Part shown: piece after piece, positions 48,801-61,353 of the stretch
Position numbering within the stretch: position 1 is the first letter of the stretch
How the letters are laid out: each line of letters starts with the position of its first letter
Source: Azolla caroliniana
Taxonomy: Eukaryota > Plantae > Polypodiophyta
NCBI GenBank assembly: GCA_043228905.1
Contig: JBHGNT010000003.1
Coordinates: 13,950,001-14,014,000 of the forward strand
Reading direction: 5' to 3'
Length of the DNA stretch: 64,000 nt
Translations under genes and position numbers: made by a program
Notes under the pieces: model-generated
The model's database searches: none
Told to the model about the DNA's origin: nothing
What the model saw: only the letters and a program-made list of their open reading frames with translations

Positions 48801-50033
48801 GGACCATTATGGAGATAGCTGGGATCTAAACAATGATGGGATGGCAAAAAACAGTGAGCCTACCTGTTTATATTTTCTCAAACGTCTTCCATCAGCTGTC
48901 TCAATGATAAATTCTGTAGAAAAAATGTTTGCCAACTTTGCTCCATAACCATTTCTTCCACCGGTTGTCTTCTTCTGTGTATCATCATAGTTGCTACTTG
49001 TCAGAAGATGCCCAAATATCATCTCAGGGACATACACCCCTTCTTCTCCATGAATCTCAACTGGGACACCATCTCCATTGTTGTATACACTTATGAAGTT
49101 TTGTTCTACATTTATCTCCACTTTCACAGAATCCATGGAAGGATCTCTTTGTTTGTTGTCTGCTGCATTAACCAGGATCTCATCAAATATTTTATACAAC
49201 CCTGGCACATAGGTTATATTCCGACAAACCAATGTCTGATCTTCATAAACCCAAAGAGCCTGAGTGTGCTTCTCTATGGAACCAACATAAGTATCAGGTC
49301 TGAGCAAAATATGTTCCAGCTGCGTCTTCTTCTGATACATTTCCTCGATAGTCTTTTCCTGGTTGCCTCCAGCAACATTAGAAACGGAGCTGGACTGAAG
49401 AGGCTTGACCGAAGACTTCTTGGCCGCATTTTCACTGGAAGCTTTGGATTTGGAGGCCTGTACATAAGCAGGAAATATCCAAATATTAAAGAGAAAGGGA
49501 TATTAACGACATCTATTAAATTCTGATGATATACATATGTGATCTACAACGATTCAGAAAATATAAAAGATCTCCATGAAAATGGCAGGAAGGAAAAGCG
49601 CGTGTAGGAACATGTGGAGGGAAAAAACACATTGCATTTACTGCAATGGAAAAAAACATATAGAAAGACCAAACGAAATCAAGGAAAGACAACGCACGAT
49701 GAGACCATCGAGGAAATTATAAAAATCAAGCCAAAAGTGCGCAAAAATGGGAGGGCTGGAATGTTGTCTGCCGGGAAGAAACGCAAAAACTTTGGGTGGA
49801 ACAGGGGCATATCCAAAGTGAAATCGAAAGAAGGTTCTCTCTTGTGAGAGAGAGAGAGAGAGAGAGAGCGCGAGAGAGAACATGCCTAAGTTGTAACGTT
49901 GAGGTAGAAGGCGTGTCCAATAAGAAGGAAAAACTGGCAAAGGAAGCCAGGAAAAAACTGCGAGTGTAAGAAAGATTAAAGCGCTAACCTTCTTCTTGGG
50001 GAGGATGTCCACGTTTTCCCGGTCAGTTTCCAT
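42857..50033 (-). CDS. TOP2: DNA topoisomerase II (type IIA), 21 predicted exons
   Basis: Motifs [79 protein letters not shown] and catalytic ASGRY. GT-AG exons traced in frame at approx. 50033-49989, 49457-48864, 48770-48478, 48343-48277, 48197-47927, 47830-47631, 47536-47327, 47247-47133, 47058-46948, 46853-46689, 46615-46430, 46351-46196, 46117-45984, 45912-45743, 45635-45447, 45365-45179, 45110-44632, 44518-44391, 44284-44197, 44086-44014, 43623-42857. Confidence 0.97.
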
Positions 50034-50507
50034 GGGAGCTTGGTTGGTTTGAGCGGGCTTGAGTATTTCACAGACAGACACTCTCTCGCTCGCTCTCTCT
50101 CTCTGTCTCTCTCGGCTCTGTTGCTCTCTGTGGGTGGGTGACCCAGTAGCTCTGTGCGTGCGTGTGTGTGTGTGTGTAGAAAGGCGGGAACACAAATTTC
50201 AAATGGGAGGGGGAGGATTTGGTTTTTCTTTTTTGGTGGAGGCTCTCACAATTTACAAACATCAACGCGCGCGCATGGAGAAGGAAGGAGAAAAGAGTGT
50301 GCTTTTTTATGTATCATTCATTGACACATACACATTCGTGATATTCGCCATGCATGATATTCGTGTCGTAATATTCGAGAATAAGAAATAGCCCCAAGAA
50401 TATTATAAAACCATTCGTTTTGCAAAATAAATTTACGCAGTAAGGATTAATTAATTCACTAGAAAACAACAAACACTCATTCTTCTTCTTTTTCGTATAT
50501 TGTTCAT

Positions 50508-50620
50508 TGTTAAGTATGTATAGTAGGGAGTTTAGTATAATGTTAAGGTATAGTCTATAATAGGGAGTTTAGTATATTCTATACCTTAGCATTATATTAA
50601 ACTCCCTACTATACTTAACA
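50508..50620. repeat. Fold-back inverted repeat upstream of TOP2
   Basis: 50518-50553 pairs with 50579-50614 (36 bp, 2 mismatches). Confidence 0.9.
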
Positions 50621-51329
50621 CTATATTATAACAATACTACTACATATACCTAAACACCATACTACTTAGTACTAATACAAACCACATGCTAATACTAATA
50701 CTACCACTATACTATATATTTATACACTATTTACGCTTCTTATCCTACTCTACTATCCTATCATTTCCATTTCCACACCACCACCACCACTCTCTCCCTC
50801 TCTCACACAACCATCTTTGTGTCGGTTCCTTTGACGATGACCCATCGCCTTATTTTATGCCACCAGTGACTCTCTTCTTCTTCTTCTTTCTTCCTTTTGT
50901 TTTAATCCAAATTAAGTCACACTTTACTTTGTATACCCAACATTACTAGGCCATCTATAGGGGAACAAACTCTCATACTTATTTGTTAACTAATTATTAT
51001 GATAACTTCCCATCGAAACGATTAACATGAAATATCCAATCATCAAGAGCTTGATCCAACTTACTTAAGAAATCCCCCAAGATTTAGCCTTGAATCATCA
51101 TCATCAATAATATATCCTCACCATTAACAACTTGTTCTAGCTATGCTAATTCTAGTGCTTATTAATCATGGCATTAACATTATGGTGATTAATTGAGCCA
51201 TGGCTCAACACATGGGCAACTCATTGAAAGCTTATAATAATGAATTTTAGGTCTAAACTTCTCAAGAAATTGCTGAACTACATGGCTCCACTGGGGTAAT
51301 TTCCCCTAATTAGCCTAATCAATGGGCAA

Positions 51330-51540
51330 ACCATCAATGACTACTACAGAATTTGGGCAAGGAAGTTTTCTTAGAGATACATGATGAAGTCGAGCAAAAT
51401 CTTTGTCCATGAAGCAAGATTGAGCTCCACTCCAATACTTAGGAGTGTTGGGACATGAACTAGATGATTACTTGTAATACCAACTTCCACTTGAGTTTAG
51501 AACACCTTGCTACCTTGCTTAGAAGAAATGGAACCACTAA
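51330..51540 (-). pseudogene. Decayed chromovirus protease remnant
   Basis: Minus strand SGAQSCFMDKDFA..VVVIDG resembles the proteases of A and B. Confidence 0.55.
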
Positions 51541-51544
51541 TGGG

Positions 51545-53173
51545 ATAATGCACCTCAATGTGCTTCGTGCGAGCGTGGAAGACGAGGTTCTTCGCTAATT
51601 GGATGTTGTTGAGGTTGTCACAGTATATGATTGTCTGCTTGGACATCTCCATCTGCAAATCCTTCAAGAGCCTTTTGAGCCATATGGCTTCGCATGTCGC
51701 GATAGCCACTCCTCGATACTCGGCCCTAGTGCTCGATAATGCCACTATTGGCTGCTTTTTACTATGCCAGGCAATCACTGTGCTTCCCAATGAAAACGCA
51801 AAACCGGATGTAGACCTACGATCGTCGGCATTTCCGGCCCAATCAGCATCCGTGTAACCGACTAGTTGTTCAACCACACCTGCCCGATAAGCAACCCTCT
51901 ATCCTTTGTGCCACTCACATATCACAAGATTTGATGCGCGCAGTAAAGGTGGTCTAACGTCGGTTGCGACATAAATTAACTAATCAGTCTAATCGGATAG
52001 TTGAGGTCTGACTGGGTGATGGTCAAATATATAAGGCTTCCGACAATATATCAGAACCATGTTGCATCATAGGTCAACCCCAATCTGAGGCAAAGCTTGA
52101 TGTTCCTATCAAGAGGAGTTGAGACGAATTTACAATTCGCCATGCCGAATTTGAAGAGCATATTCAGCACATAATGGCGTTGACTGATCAATATGCCTTC
52201 CGGAGTTCAGATCATTTCCATCATGAGGAAGTAATGAAGGTCTCCCAAATCCTTCATCTCGAACGATCTCATTAGTTGAGACTTGACTCGACCGATTTCC
52301 TTCAGGTCGGCGCCGGTGATGACTAAATCATCGACATATGGCAGTACATTAACCAGTTCGGTTCGACTCTACCGAATGAACAAGGAATAGTCTGATATTG
52401 ACAGTTGAAACCCCATTCGATGCAAACTTTGTGTTCCAAGCTCGAGGGGCTTATTTCAATCCATAGAGGGACTTCTTCAATTGGCAAACTGCCGATGTGT
52501 TCAATTCGAATAAAAATCCGCGGGGTTGTACCATGTACACATGTTCCTCAAGCTCGCCTTGCAGGAACACATTCTTTACTTCCATCTGTTGTAGATGCCA
52601 CCCCTTTGTCGTTGCTACAACCAACAACACTCGAACGATTGTCATCTTTGCGACCGGTGCGAATGTCTCGTCATAGTCGATGTCATGTGTATGCGCATAT
52701 CCCTTGGCCACCAGTCAGGGCTTGTACCTGTTGATTGAGCCATCAGTGTTGTATTTTACCTTATATACACCCACTTTCATCTGATCGGCTTTACTCCCTT
52801 GGGAGCATCAACCAGGTCCCAAGTCTCATTTTCGGCCAATGCGCGCATCTCTTCCTCCATTGCAGCATGCCAATTGGCCTCTTTTGTCACCGATGGTAGC
52901 TCACGCACTTCTACCACCTTCGCCATATACGCATAGTGATGCGCCATGTATTCATTGTACCCGTACTGGGTTACGGGATTCGTATGGCAGGTGGATCAAT
53001 GTAAGTTCTAGTTCGTTGATTTTATGGCCCTCTTAACCGACTCTGACCTCACTTTCAGAGGTCCATCTTTCCTCTTAGCCGCATCGGATTCACTCCGGTC
53101 CGATGTGCCGACCTCTGTGTCATATTTCGGCATCTTCATCTTCCCCTTCTCCTTGCGCGTAAATCATCTCCTT
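51545..53173 (-). pseudogene. Copia RT/RNase H fragment (C1-related)
   Basis: AKGYAHTHDIDYDETFAPVAK, GYTDADWAG, FHARTKHIEVHY. Confidence 0.92.
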
Positions 53174-53902
53174 TGTTACCCAATGGGACAAGTGTGAAAC
53201 GAACCAAAGGGAGTCAAGCACTAATAGCCAAAACAAGGGAAGCCAAATATCAAAGAAGGAATAGGTGGAAAGCACCAAGCTGAAGGAAGTTGTATATATC
53301 GGGGATTAGCGAACACATAAGAGGGGGAGATATAGAGGAACGATAGGAATAGACTGACAGAGAGTGAGTGAGTGTTACTGAATATACTCGGTACTTGTAT
53401 TTGTATGCTACACTTTAATCGAATATATATAGATCTTGTGGGTAACTTCAATGTTCTATCTCGTCTCTATTTCGTATATACATATATCTATACCAAGTTT
53501 GGTATGTGTAAAGAACATATATAAGGATCATATTGTAAGCAATTGTCTAGGTGCATAATGATATCTCAACACTCTTTGTGATAAAGATCGTCAGAGAGAA
53601 GACAAAAACAGATTCAGAGTAATATACAACTAAATCGTGTTACAAGAACAACAGGGTTCCAAGGAGAAAAGAACACGGTGATGGCACAATCACAATGTAA
53701 CTATATTATTTGAACTATGAGTTACAAAACGAATGGAAACAACTATAACCACAACAACAACAACGTAAACTAGGTTACAAAGCCCATTATATACTAACTG
53801 GGCTAGGGCAACTACCCTTTGACATATTTACAGAATTGTCCTAAACCTAGTTTGTCCAAGAGACTTGATGTGAATGCGGCCATTATATACTCATATTTGA
53901 CA
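53174..53902. repeat. Two adjacent LTR-like segments (53174-53571 and 53577-53902)
   Basis: TG..CA ends; the second is bordered by a minus-strand PPT-like CAGGGGAG at 53903-53910; no clean TSD and no partner LTR in the window. Confidence 0.45.
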
Positions 53903-53923
53903 CTCCCCTGTGATTATACAAAG

Positions 53924-54702
53924 TTATTGAACATATCGGCTTTGTTCGAGTCGGCAAAATCCGAGAACTGGGAATGAGTTCAATCTTATGGTCCACATTA
54001 CGTTGTGTGGTAAAGTAAGTGACAATTCGTTAGGAAACATGTCTTGAAAATAATCTAAAATAGACTCGAGTAATTGTTGTTCATAATGTGGTAATTGCGT
54101 GCCATCACGATTAAAATAATAAAATTGAAGCGTTGGATCAATTACACATGAATCAATTGATGAACTAGAACATTCACTTAAAGATTTATAAGACACAAGT
54201 GAACGAGAAGGAAGTTTGGAACATTTAATAAAATGTTTATAATTATTAAGTTCAAATGTGATTGAGTGATTAACCCAATCAATGGACAAAGAACCATGGG
54301 TATCCTAAAATAACATCTATGGATTGTAGCTTCATAACATGAAAGTCAAGCTTCTCCATATAGGTATCTACTTGAATTGGTAGTTGACAAACAATGCCAC
54401 TGATGTATTGAACGCCTCCATTTGCCATGTGAACTTCATATATATGATCATTTGCATTTACGTGGAGTTGCATTTGTTGCACCAAGTGATAATTAAGAAA
54501 ATTGTGAGAACTACCGGAATCAAACAAGAAATGTGCTTGTGTTCCATTGATATACCCGACTGCTCAGAGTAAATCATTAGGTTCAAGTAAATGTGAAGGA
54601 AATGTGCATTCACATGAACTTCAATAACATAAAAAGACTCGCATGTGTGACTCGTAGATTTGTCTTGAGGGGTGTTCATTGACTTCCTCTCAAGACGACA
54701 AC
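53924..54702 (-). pseudogene. Gypsy retropepsin region
   Basis: FDSGSSHNF..MANGG..DVILGYPW; IDWVNHSITF. Confidence 0.85.
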
Positions 54703-54800
54703 TGTCACGGACATAGACGAGGGCAAGGACAAGTAGGCAAGCTCAATATTAAGAAAGAGAGAAAGATAGATATATAGATAGAGAGGAGCATGGACAAGAG

Positions 54801-54844
<44 letters not shown>

Positions 54845-56430
54845 CAAAAGAGTGAGAACTAAATTATGCTTCCGTAACTGGTGTTGTTCACCTTGATTGT
54901 AATCAAGGTACACCGAAGTATTTATACAAGAATGTGGTGGTATGCATGTAAGCTAGGAAACTTCTAGAGAATGCATGGAAACTTCTAGAGAGTGCATGTC
55001 TATGCATTTTCTAGAAGTTTCTTGAAAGTTCTAGTGATTAACTTATAATGTAATAAGTTGAAACTTATACAATACAATAATGCATAGATGGAATGTAGCT
55101 CAATCGGTAAGGTTTCCCAATAAGACCAAGAGGTCATGGGTTCAACCCCCTACATTCCATCGTGTCTATGACATTATCCTCCCTCTAAGGCTACCTCCCG
55201 GGACTTGCGGTTGGCTTGTGTGGGTATCGTTGATGAAAATTGCGAATGACCTTCAGAGCATTTTGTAAATGTGTAATTGGTTCCCATGTGGCGTCCGAAA
55301 TGGGGTACCCTTTCCATAAGACCAAATATTGGAGCTGTCGATGACGATATCGAGAGTCGAGGATTTGGTCAACCTCATATTCTTCGCCCGTCGACAATTC
55401 CACAGGTGGCGGTGGAGGAGGGTGTCATCTTGGAATTCGAGAAGGATGGTAGAGTTCGAGGAGGGAAACGTGAAAGACATCATGAATCCTGAATGTTGGA
55501 GGAAGTGCTAACCGGAAGGCGACTGGGTTGATCCACTCGATGACATGAAAGGGGCCTAATATTTTGTAGTTCAATTTTGCACAAGGACATGTGGTGGCGA
55601 TGTGACGACATAACAACCAAACCATGTCCCTGATTGCAAACGTCGGTGCAGCTAAGCGATGTCGGTTTGCTTGATCTTTATAGTGGTCACTAGCAACACG
55701 GAGCTCCAAGGAGAGGTCACGATGGACATCGTGTAAAGCACGGGCACGCGTCTCTGCCGAAGGATTGACTGAAGTTGCAGGTATGGAAATGCTTAAACGA
55801 GGGTGAAATCCATAGTTTGCAAAGAAGGGGGAAACCTTAGTCGAAACATGGATACTATTATTGTAAGCAAATTCCGCCATTGCAAGGAAGTCCACCCAAT
55901 CCTCCTGTTGGTAACTCACGGTACACCGAAGGTATTGTTCGAGGATTTGGTTGACTCGCTCCGTTTGTCCATCAGTTTGAGGATGGTATACTGAGGACAA
56001 GTTGATAGAAGTCTCAAATGTTTGTAGAATTCGTTGCCAAAAGTGGGAAATGAACTGAGAACCTCGATCAGAGGTGATATCCTTAGGTAAGCCATGTAAT
56101 CGAACAAGATTTTTAAGAAAAAGATCAGCAGTCTCTTCCCCGGAAATGGTTTTGGAACATGGAACAAAGTGAGCCATCTTCGAAAACTGATCGACAATGA
56201 CTAGCATCGTGTCATGTCCACCAACTAGAGGGAGGTCGGTGATAAAGTCCATGGATAGAGAGACCCATGGTCGACGTGGAATGGGGAGCGGGTTAAGAAG
56301 ACCATATGGCCGATGGTGAGGCGTTTTGGACCGAGCACATACATCACATGTCTTGATAAATTCCTTGACGAATTTCCAAGGTTGGGGCCACCAAAACCCT
56401 CGAGATAGCAATTCTAGGGTTTTCGTAACA
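54703..56430 (-). mobile_element. 3' part of Tcn1-like chromovirus D: integrase, chromodomain, PPT and 3' LTR
   Basis: LTR 54703-55173; PPT identical to that of A; chromodomain 55191-55403 (YEVDQIL..YLVLWKGY..TWEP); rve in 55425-56430. Confidence 0.92.
55088..55161 (+). ncRNA. tRNA-derived A/B-box cassette in the D LTR
   Basis: TAGCTCAATCGGTAAG..GAGGTCATGGGTTCAACCCCC, enclosed by the 12-bp inverted repeat GATGGAATGTAG/CTACATTCCATC. Confidence 0.8.
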
Positions 56431-59400
56431 AATATCCTTTGTGTGGCCTCACTTCTTGCAATATGCACAAAAGAGGTTTGGTTTCTTTGAGTCGCGGTCA
56501 AGAGTGTCAATGGATTGCATACATGTCCCAATGAGCTTGACATTCGGAGTTTTGGTGAACTCAGGTTTATTGTGGTATTTCTTAGAAGTCCTATGGTACC
56601 GAAGTACAATGTTGACCGTTTCCTCGAAAGTTGTGGGGTCGTTGTCATGGACAATCCAATGGTAATCCCCATTGGGAATACCATTAAAAAAACAAGCGAA
56701 AAACAAGTCTTGATTTTTGGATCTGGGTCCGAGCATGATGCACATAATACTCGAGAGAGGTAAATGGCTTGCTTGACAACGTGAGCATGTTTTGCGCTTG
56801 TTCGGTTTGAGAAGGTAGCTACAAGAACTGTTTCTAAAAAACATCGACGAAAGCTTCCCAAGTTGTGGGTAAGTTCTTTGTAGTCTCTAGGCTGTGCCAC
56901 CAAGTGGCAGCTCGGCCACCTAACTCACGACCAACATAACCAATTTTTATAGCATCGGGCTTGGGATGGAGCTCAAAGTGAGACTCCCAACGACCAAGCC
57001 AAGTGCTAATGGCCTCCTCGATTCTTTCTTTCTTATCTCCCTTGAATGGCGTGACTACGAAAGAAGGTTCACCTTCTTTCTTGAACTCAATAGTCAATTC
57101 TTGGAATTTCTTTTCCAAAGCCATATTGGTTTGCATCATTTCGGCCAATTGATTCAAGGTAGTAGTGAGCAATTGCTTAATAGTGATCTTAGCTTATGTG
57201 CGAGGTTTGGATTGGAGTTGAGAGGTCTCGGATGGAGAGATCACTCCAACTGTGTTCAAAACTTGTTCCATGATGCAAGCTATGGGTATGCAATATAAAT
57301 AAGGAAGTTTAGAAAATACACAAGCAAAATGAATGCTTGAAATTTTGATTGGAAGAACTTTATCCAAGAAAGCATTTCACGTCTTTACCCCTCTAGACAT
57401 ATGAGATGTGATTCGAGATCCGATAACTATGGTAACACTATGGTATTTTAAAAACAAACATATCAAAGATGTCTTTCTCGAATCTCTATCTTGAATAATC
57501 ATGGCAGCTCCCCGAGGCTCAACCATGGTTCCAGCATCAATGTAATTTCCTAGTTAGCCTTGTATTAAAATGCCAACTCAACATGTATTGATATGGTCGA
57601 GAAAGTGTATTGCGTGAAAAAACAAGCTCACTCGCAAGTAATATTCTAGTCTTGCAAGTAACAAGAAAATGTTATGACAAAAACGATAAAATAAGGCACT
57701 ACCCATAAGAGTTAAGCACTGACGAAAACAAGGGTAAAAAACCCCATGTGCTACCTACTAAAAAAAATGTCCCAAATAAATGGATGGTGCGAGGTATGCA
57801 CATATACATCCCAATATGGTGGTTGTAATTTGCACAATTGTGACATAAGCCACAAATTGATACAAATGGTAGTGGTGTTGTGCGCAAAGATGTTGTACTT
57901 AAATTTATGAGTAAAACATCAATAGTGGAACTCATGTGTTTTTAGACGAGTTCTAAGGCTCGATTACATGAGTTAAACCTAGAGACCACTTTGGAAAAAA
58001 TGTTCAAAAAGCAGCATGATGCCCACTCAATATGAACAAATAGTCTACATGAATCATTACACCATTAAACATACGTAAATAGTGTAGATGAACTTAAAAT
58101 AAGGGTAAGAAAGAGAGTTAATTGTGAGTGGGTAAATGACAATTATGAGAAAATCATCAAAAAGTGAAAAGACAATTTGTGTAATTAAAAAATAAGTAGA
58201 ATAATATAATCAATTAGGTGTATGAAACATTAAGCATGCCATAAGGTAAGAAACCCTAGGGTAGTCAACATGCACCTCCTCAAGACCACCACATCCCATA
58301 GAATCGGCCAAGTGATGGCTCAATAGATAGTAGAGTGGCATAGGTAGTGTCGAGACTCGTGGGTAGGAGATAGAGTGAGAGCGATAGCGATAGCGAAAGA
58401 GAGAGGGTGTGTGTGTGTGCGTGAGAGAGAGTGAGAGAGATAAGACTTGAAATAGAAATGAGATCATTTATATTATGATGAAACAAGATTACAATGAGAT
58501 TATAAGGGCTAAAGACTGGTGTTGAACCGAACGAGTTGAAATGAATGTATGGACACTTATTTATAGATCCTTATGGAGTATTCTAGAATGTTCTAGAATA
58601 TTTTAGATTTTTATTATAAGAAACATAATCATGAAATATTAAAGGATGTTCTAGAATATTCTAATATCTCGTAATAACTAAAAATATAATTATTATAATC
58701 ACACAACATATATGTTATTTCAATGGTTAAGGGTTCAACACATAGACCAATAAGTCGTGGATTCGATTCTTTATAAGCCAAAATGTTGTCTTCATGACAG
58801 GTAGGCGACATACACCTCGTCAATGCCACAACATCCCATAGAATCGGTCAAATGATGGCTCAATAAAGGGAAGAGTGGCATATGCAACATCATATGGAAA
58901 AGGGCCATGAGGTGAGCATGTGCGATTAGGGCAAACACACTCGACCTGATGCACAAGAATAATTATTATTGTAAAAGATAGCTCAAGAGAGAGGAGAGTG
59001 GGAGATACATCGCAATATGCAAAAGGGCCATGAGTTGAGCATGTGCGATTAGTGGAAACACGCTCGGCCTGATGCACAATAATAATTAAAATCGTAGCAT
59101 GGTAGAAAGAAGAAAGAAAGAAAAGAAAAAGTAATACAAATTTAATTCAACCAAGAAGAACACGTCATAGAAAAGAAGAGAGAGATCAAGAAAGAAGAAT
59201 ATCGGGTAAAGAATGATGTTTTGATCCTATGAAGAGCATGACGAGCCTTGTTAGATCCCCATTGCTCACACGTAAAAAACATCAAAACAACAAAAAAAAT
59301 TGTTAGTAAATGCTCTGATACCACTGTTAAGAGTCTATTACTAATCAATAGACCAAAATAAAGTAAAAAGAAGGAAATAGATTGGATAGAAGAACCCGTT

Positions 59401-59729
59401 CCACCCGACCACCCCTGAACTATGATCTAGACATAACCAGCCTACCACCAACGTCCCATACCGCCGGATATTAGGATGACTAATACCTTGGAAGAGATAA
59501 ACACAATCGTCGAGACGAAAGCCTAGCCTACACCACCGGTGTCTAAGACAACAGCCTTCCGACGTAATGTCCTTATGAGGGTAGCTAAGCCTCATATTTA
59601 TACATTTTCTTAGGCCCCTTTAATAGATGTGCCTTTCTAAAAGGCTCTCCATTCATTGGTTGACCAAATCATGATAGTGCGTGCACATTTCATTCCTTCT
59701 ATCTAGTCACATTAGTCCCCTCTTTAACA
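56431..59729 (-). mobile_element. 5' part of an iMet-primed Gypsy element: LTR, long leader with tandem repeats, gag
   Basis: LTR 59325-59729 (TGTTAAG..TTAACA); PBS 59312-59323; gag 57172-56449 (PFKGD..WLGRWE..AATWW; CAYCKK). Confidence 0.7.
58348..58799 (-). mobile_element. Solo LTR related to the LTR of element B
   Basis: TGTCG..TGACA ends; TSD GGTAG; minus-strand TATAAATA followed by GTTCGGTTCAA; decayed tRNA-like cassette 58712-58775. Confidence 0.88.
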
Positions 59730-60095
59730 CTAGTGAACATACCCTTCACTTATGTAAATATTAGTGACCTACCCTCACCTACGTAATGTGCACATAACAC
59801 ATATGTTTATGAATCCATGATGTATTGCTCACAATGGATCCTAGATTCTTGATTGCAAACTTGTATGGCCTCCTTCAATGGAGTCCATTGATGGGGATGA
59901 GTAGAAAGTCGAAGAAAATTTGAGTTTGAAGCGAGCAAGACTAAAACTACAACATCTAGTCTTATAGAAATGTTATTGATTTTCTAACACAACTTTTGGA
60001 ATAATCCACGAACTCATCTCTTGAAAGTCAACACTCGAAGATATGATGTTATGATCACCAAGGAGTATAGGACTCTAATGTCATAGAGTATAAGT

Positions 60096-60420
60096 TTGTA
60101 TTGTGAAGTCCCGTATAAGGTTGTAGAAGTGGTGTGTTGTAGTCTTGCATTAAATATCCCACATGGCAAATATTGCAAGGTTATAAAGGGGTTGTTTACC
60201 ATCATGCATTAGGCAAATATTATACGGTTATAAAGGTTTTGTTTACATTCATGCACTAGGTACCTCAAATCTCAATGATTGTATTGTGAAGTCTCTTATG
60301 AGGTTGTACAAGTGGTGTGCCATAGTCTTGCATTAACTACCCCACATGGCAAATATTTTAAGGTTATAAAGATGGTGTTTATACATAGTCTTGTATTAGG
60401 TATCTCAAATCTCAAATCAT
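60096..60420. repeat. ~183-bp imperfect tandem duplication
   Basis: TTGTATTGTGAAGTC..CCCACATGGCAAATATT..GGTTATAAAG at 60096 and 60279. Confidence 0.85.
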
Positions 60421-60887
60421 CTCACCCATTCAATCATCTACCACATTTGTGAGATTTTCTTGCATATCCTCCTCCATTCCCATTACAATGCTTTATGGAT
60501 TTTTTATTCTGATGGTTACCACTTCCTCCGACATTAATTCAGCCATGATCTCTTCGGTCTCTACTTTCATTTGAATGCAACAATTGATAATAGTTTGCAA
60601 TATTTGTTGGAAATTTGGGATGATAAAGTCCCATATGGGAAACGGATATTTGGGAATTCATTTAGGGAGAGCAAGAGAGGCCCACCATAGTTGCAAGATT
60701 GTAATGCAACCCTTGACGAAGTAAGGGCATTTAAATAAAGCTCGGACACTAGGTTCAAGAAAGTATTGGCTACTGATGAACATTCTTGACAAATGACTAA
60801 GCTAATTTAGAGTGTCTTAAAATGTAAATCAAATAGTTGCAACGATGTCTGTAACTGGTTACCACCAAAATGTTGCATGCCAAATAT

Positions 60888-61125
60888 TGCAAACTAAGCT
60901 TGGTTTCTCAACAAACAAGTGGATGGGGGTGGGGGCCGAATGGGAGTTCAGACGGGAATCAACAACCATTGCATTGAATTGATCGAATGAGGCAGGAGGT
61001 TGGCAAACTAAGTTCAATTTCTCAACAAACACATGGATGGGGGATGACCAAACAATAGCTCAGAAGGGAATCAATCAATCAATCAATCATTGCATTGAAT
61101 TGATGGGATATGAGGCAAGCGGTTG
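60888..61125. repeat. ~115-bp tandem duplication upstream of the PPR gene
   Basis: GCAAACTAAG..TCTCAACAAAC..GGATGGGGG..GGGAATCAA..CATTGCATTGAATTGAT..TGAGGCA occurs twice. Confidence 0.8.
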
Positions 61126-61353
61126 GCATTGATAGCACGCACCCATCGTTACGTTCGGGTATTGGGCAGAGGATCGGCCGAATACCTCCGTCGCGGGAAC
61201 TAATACAACAACAACAACATAATAATAATACATATGTAGAGGAGGAGGAGGAGGAGGAGGAGGTCGGAGGAAGAAGAAGAAGAAGAAGAAGAAGAAGAAG
61301 AAGAAAGAAAATAGAGAGGATAAATTTTTGGAGAGGAGAATTAAAAAAGAAGC

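Noticed and set aside
55088-55161. Possible genuine tRNA gene
   Set aside because: The anticodon arm does not pair and the motif recurs as part of LTRs; reported as a tRNA-derived cassette instead
53577-59729. Pairing 53577-53902 with 59325-59729 as the LTRs of one element
   Set aside because: No visible similarity between them and no TSD
60540-60830. Possible decayed transposase fragment
   Set aside because: Multiple stops and no diagnostic motif; needs BLASTX
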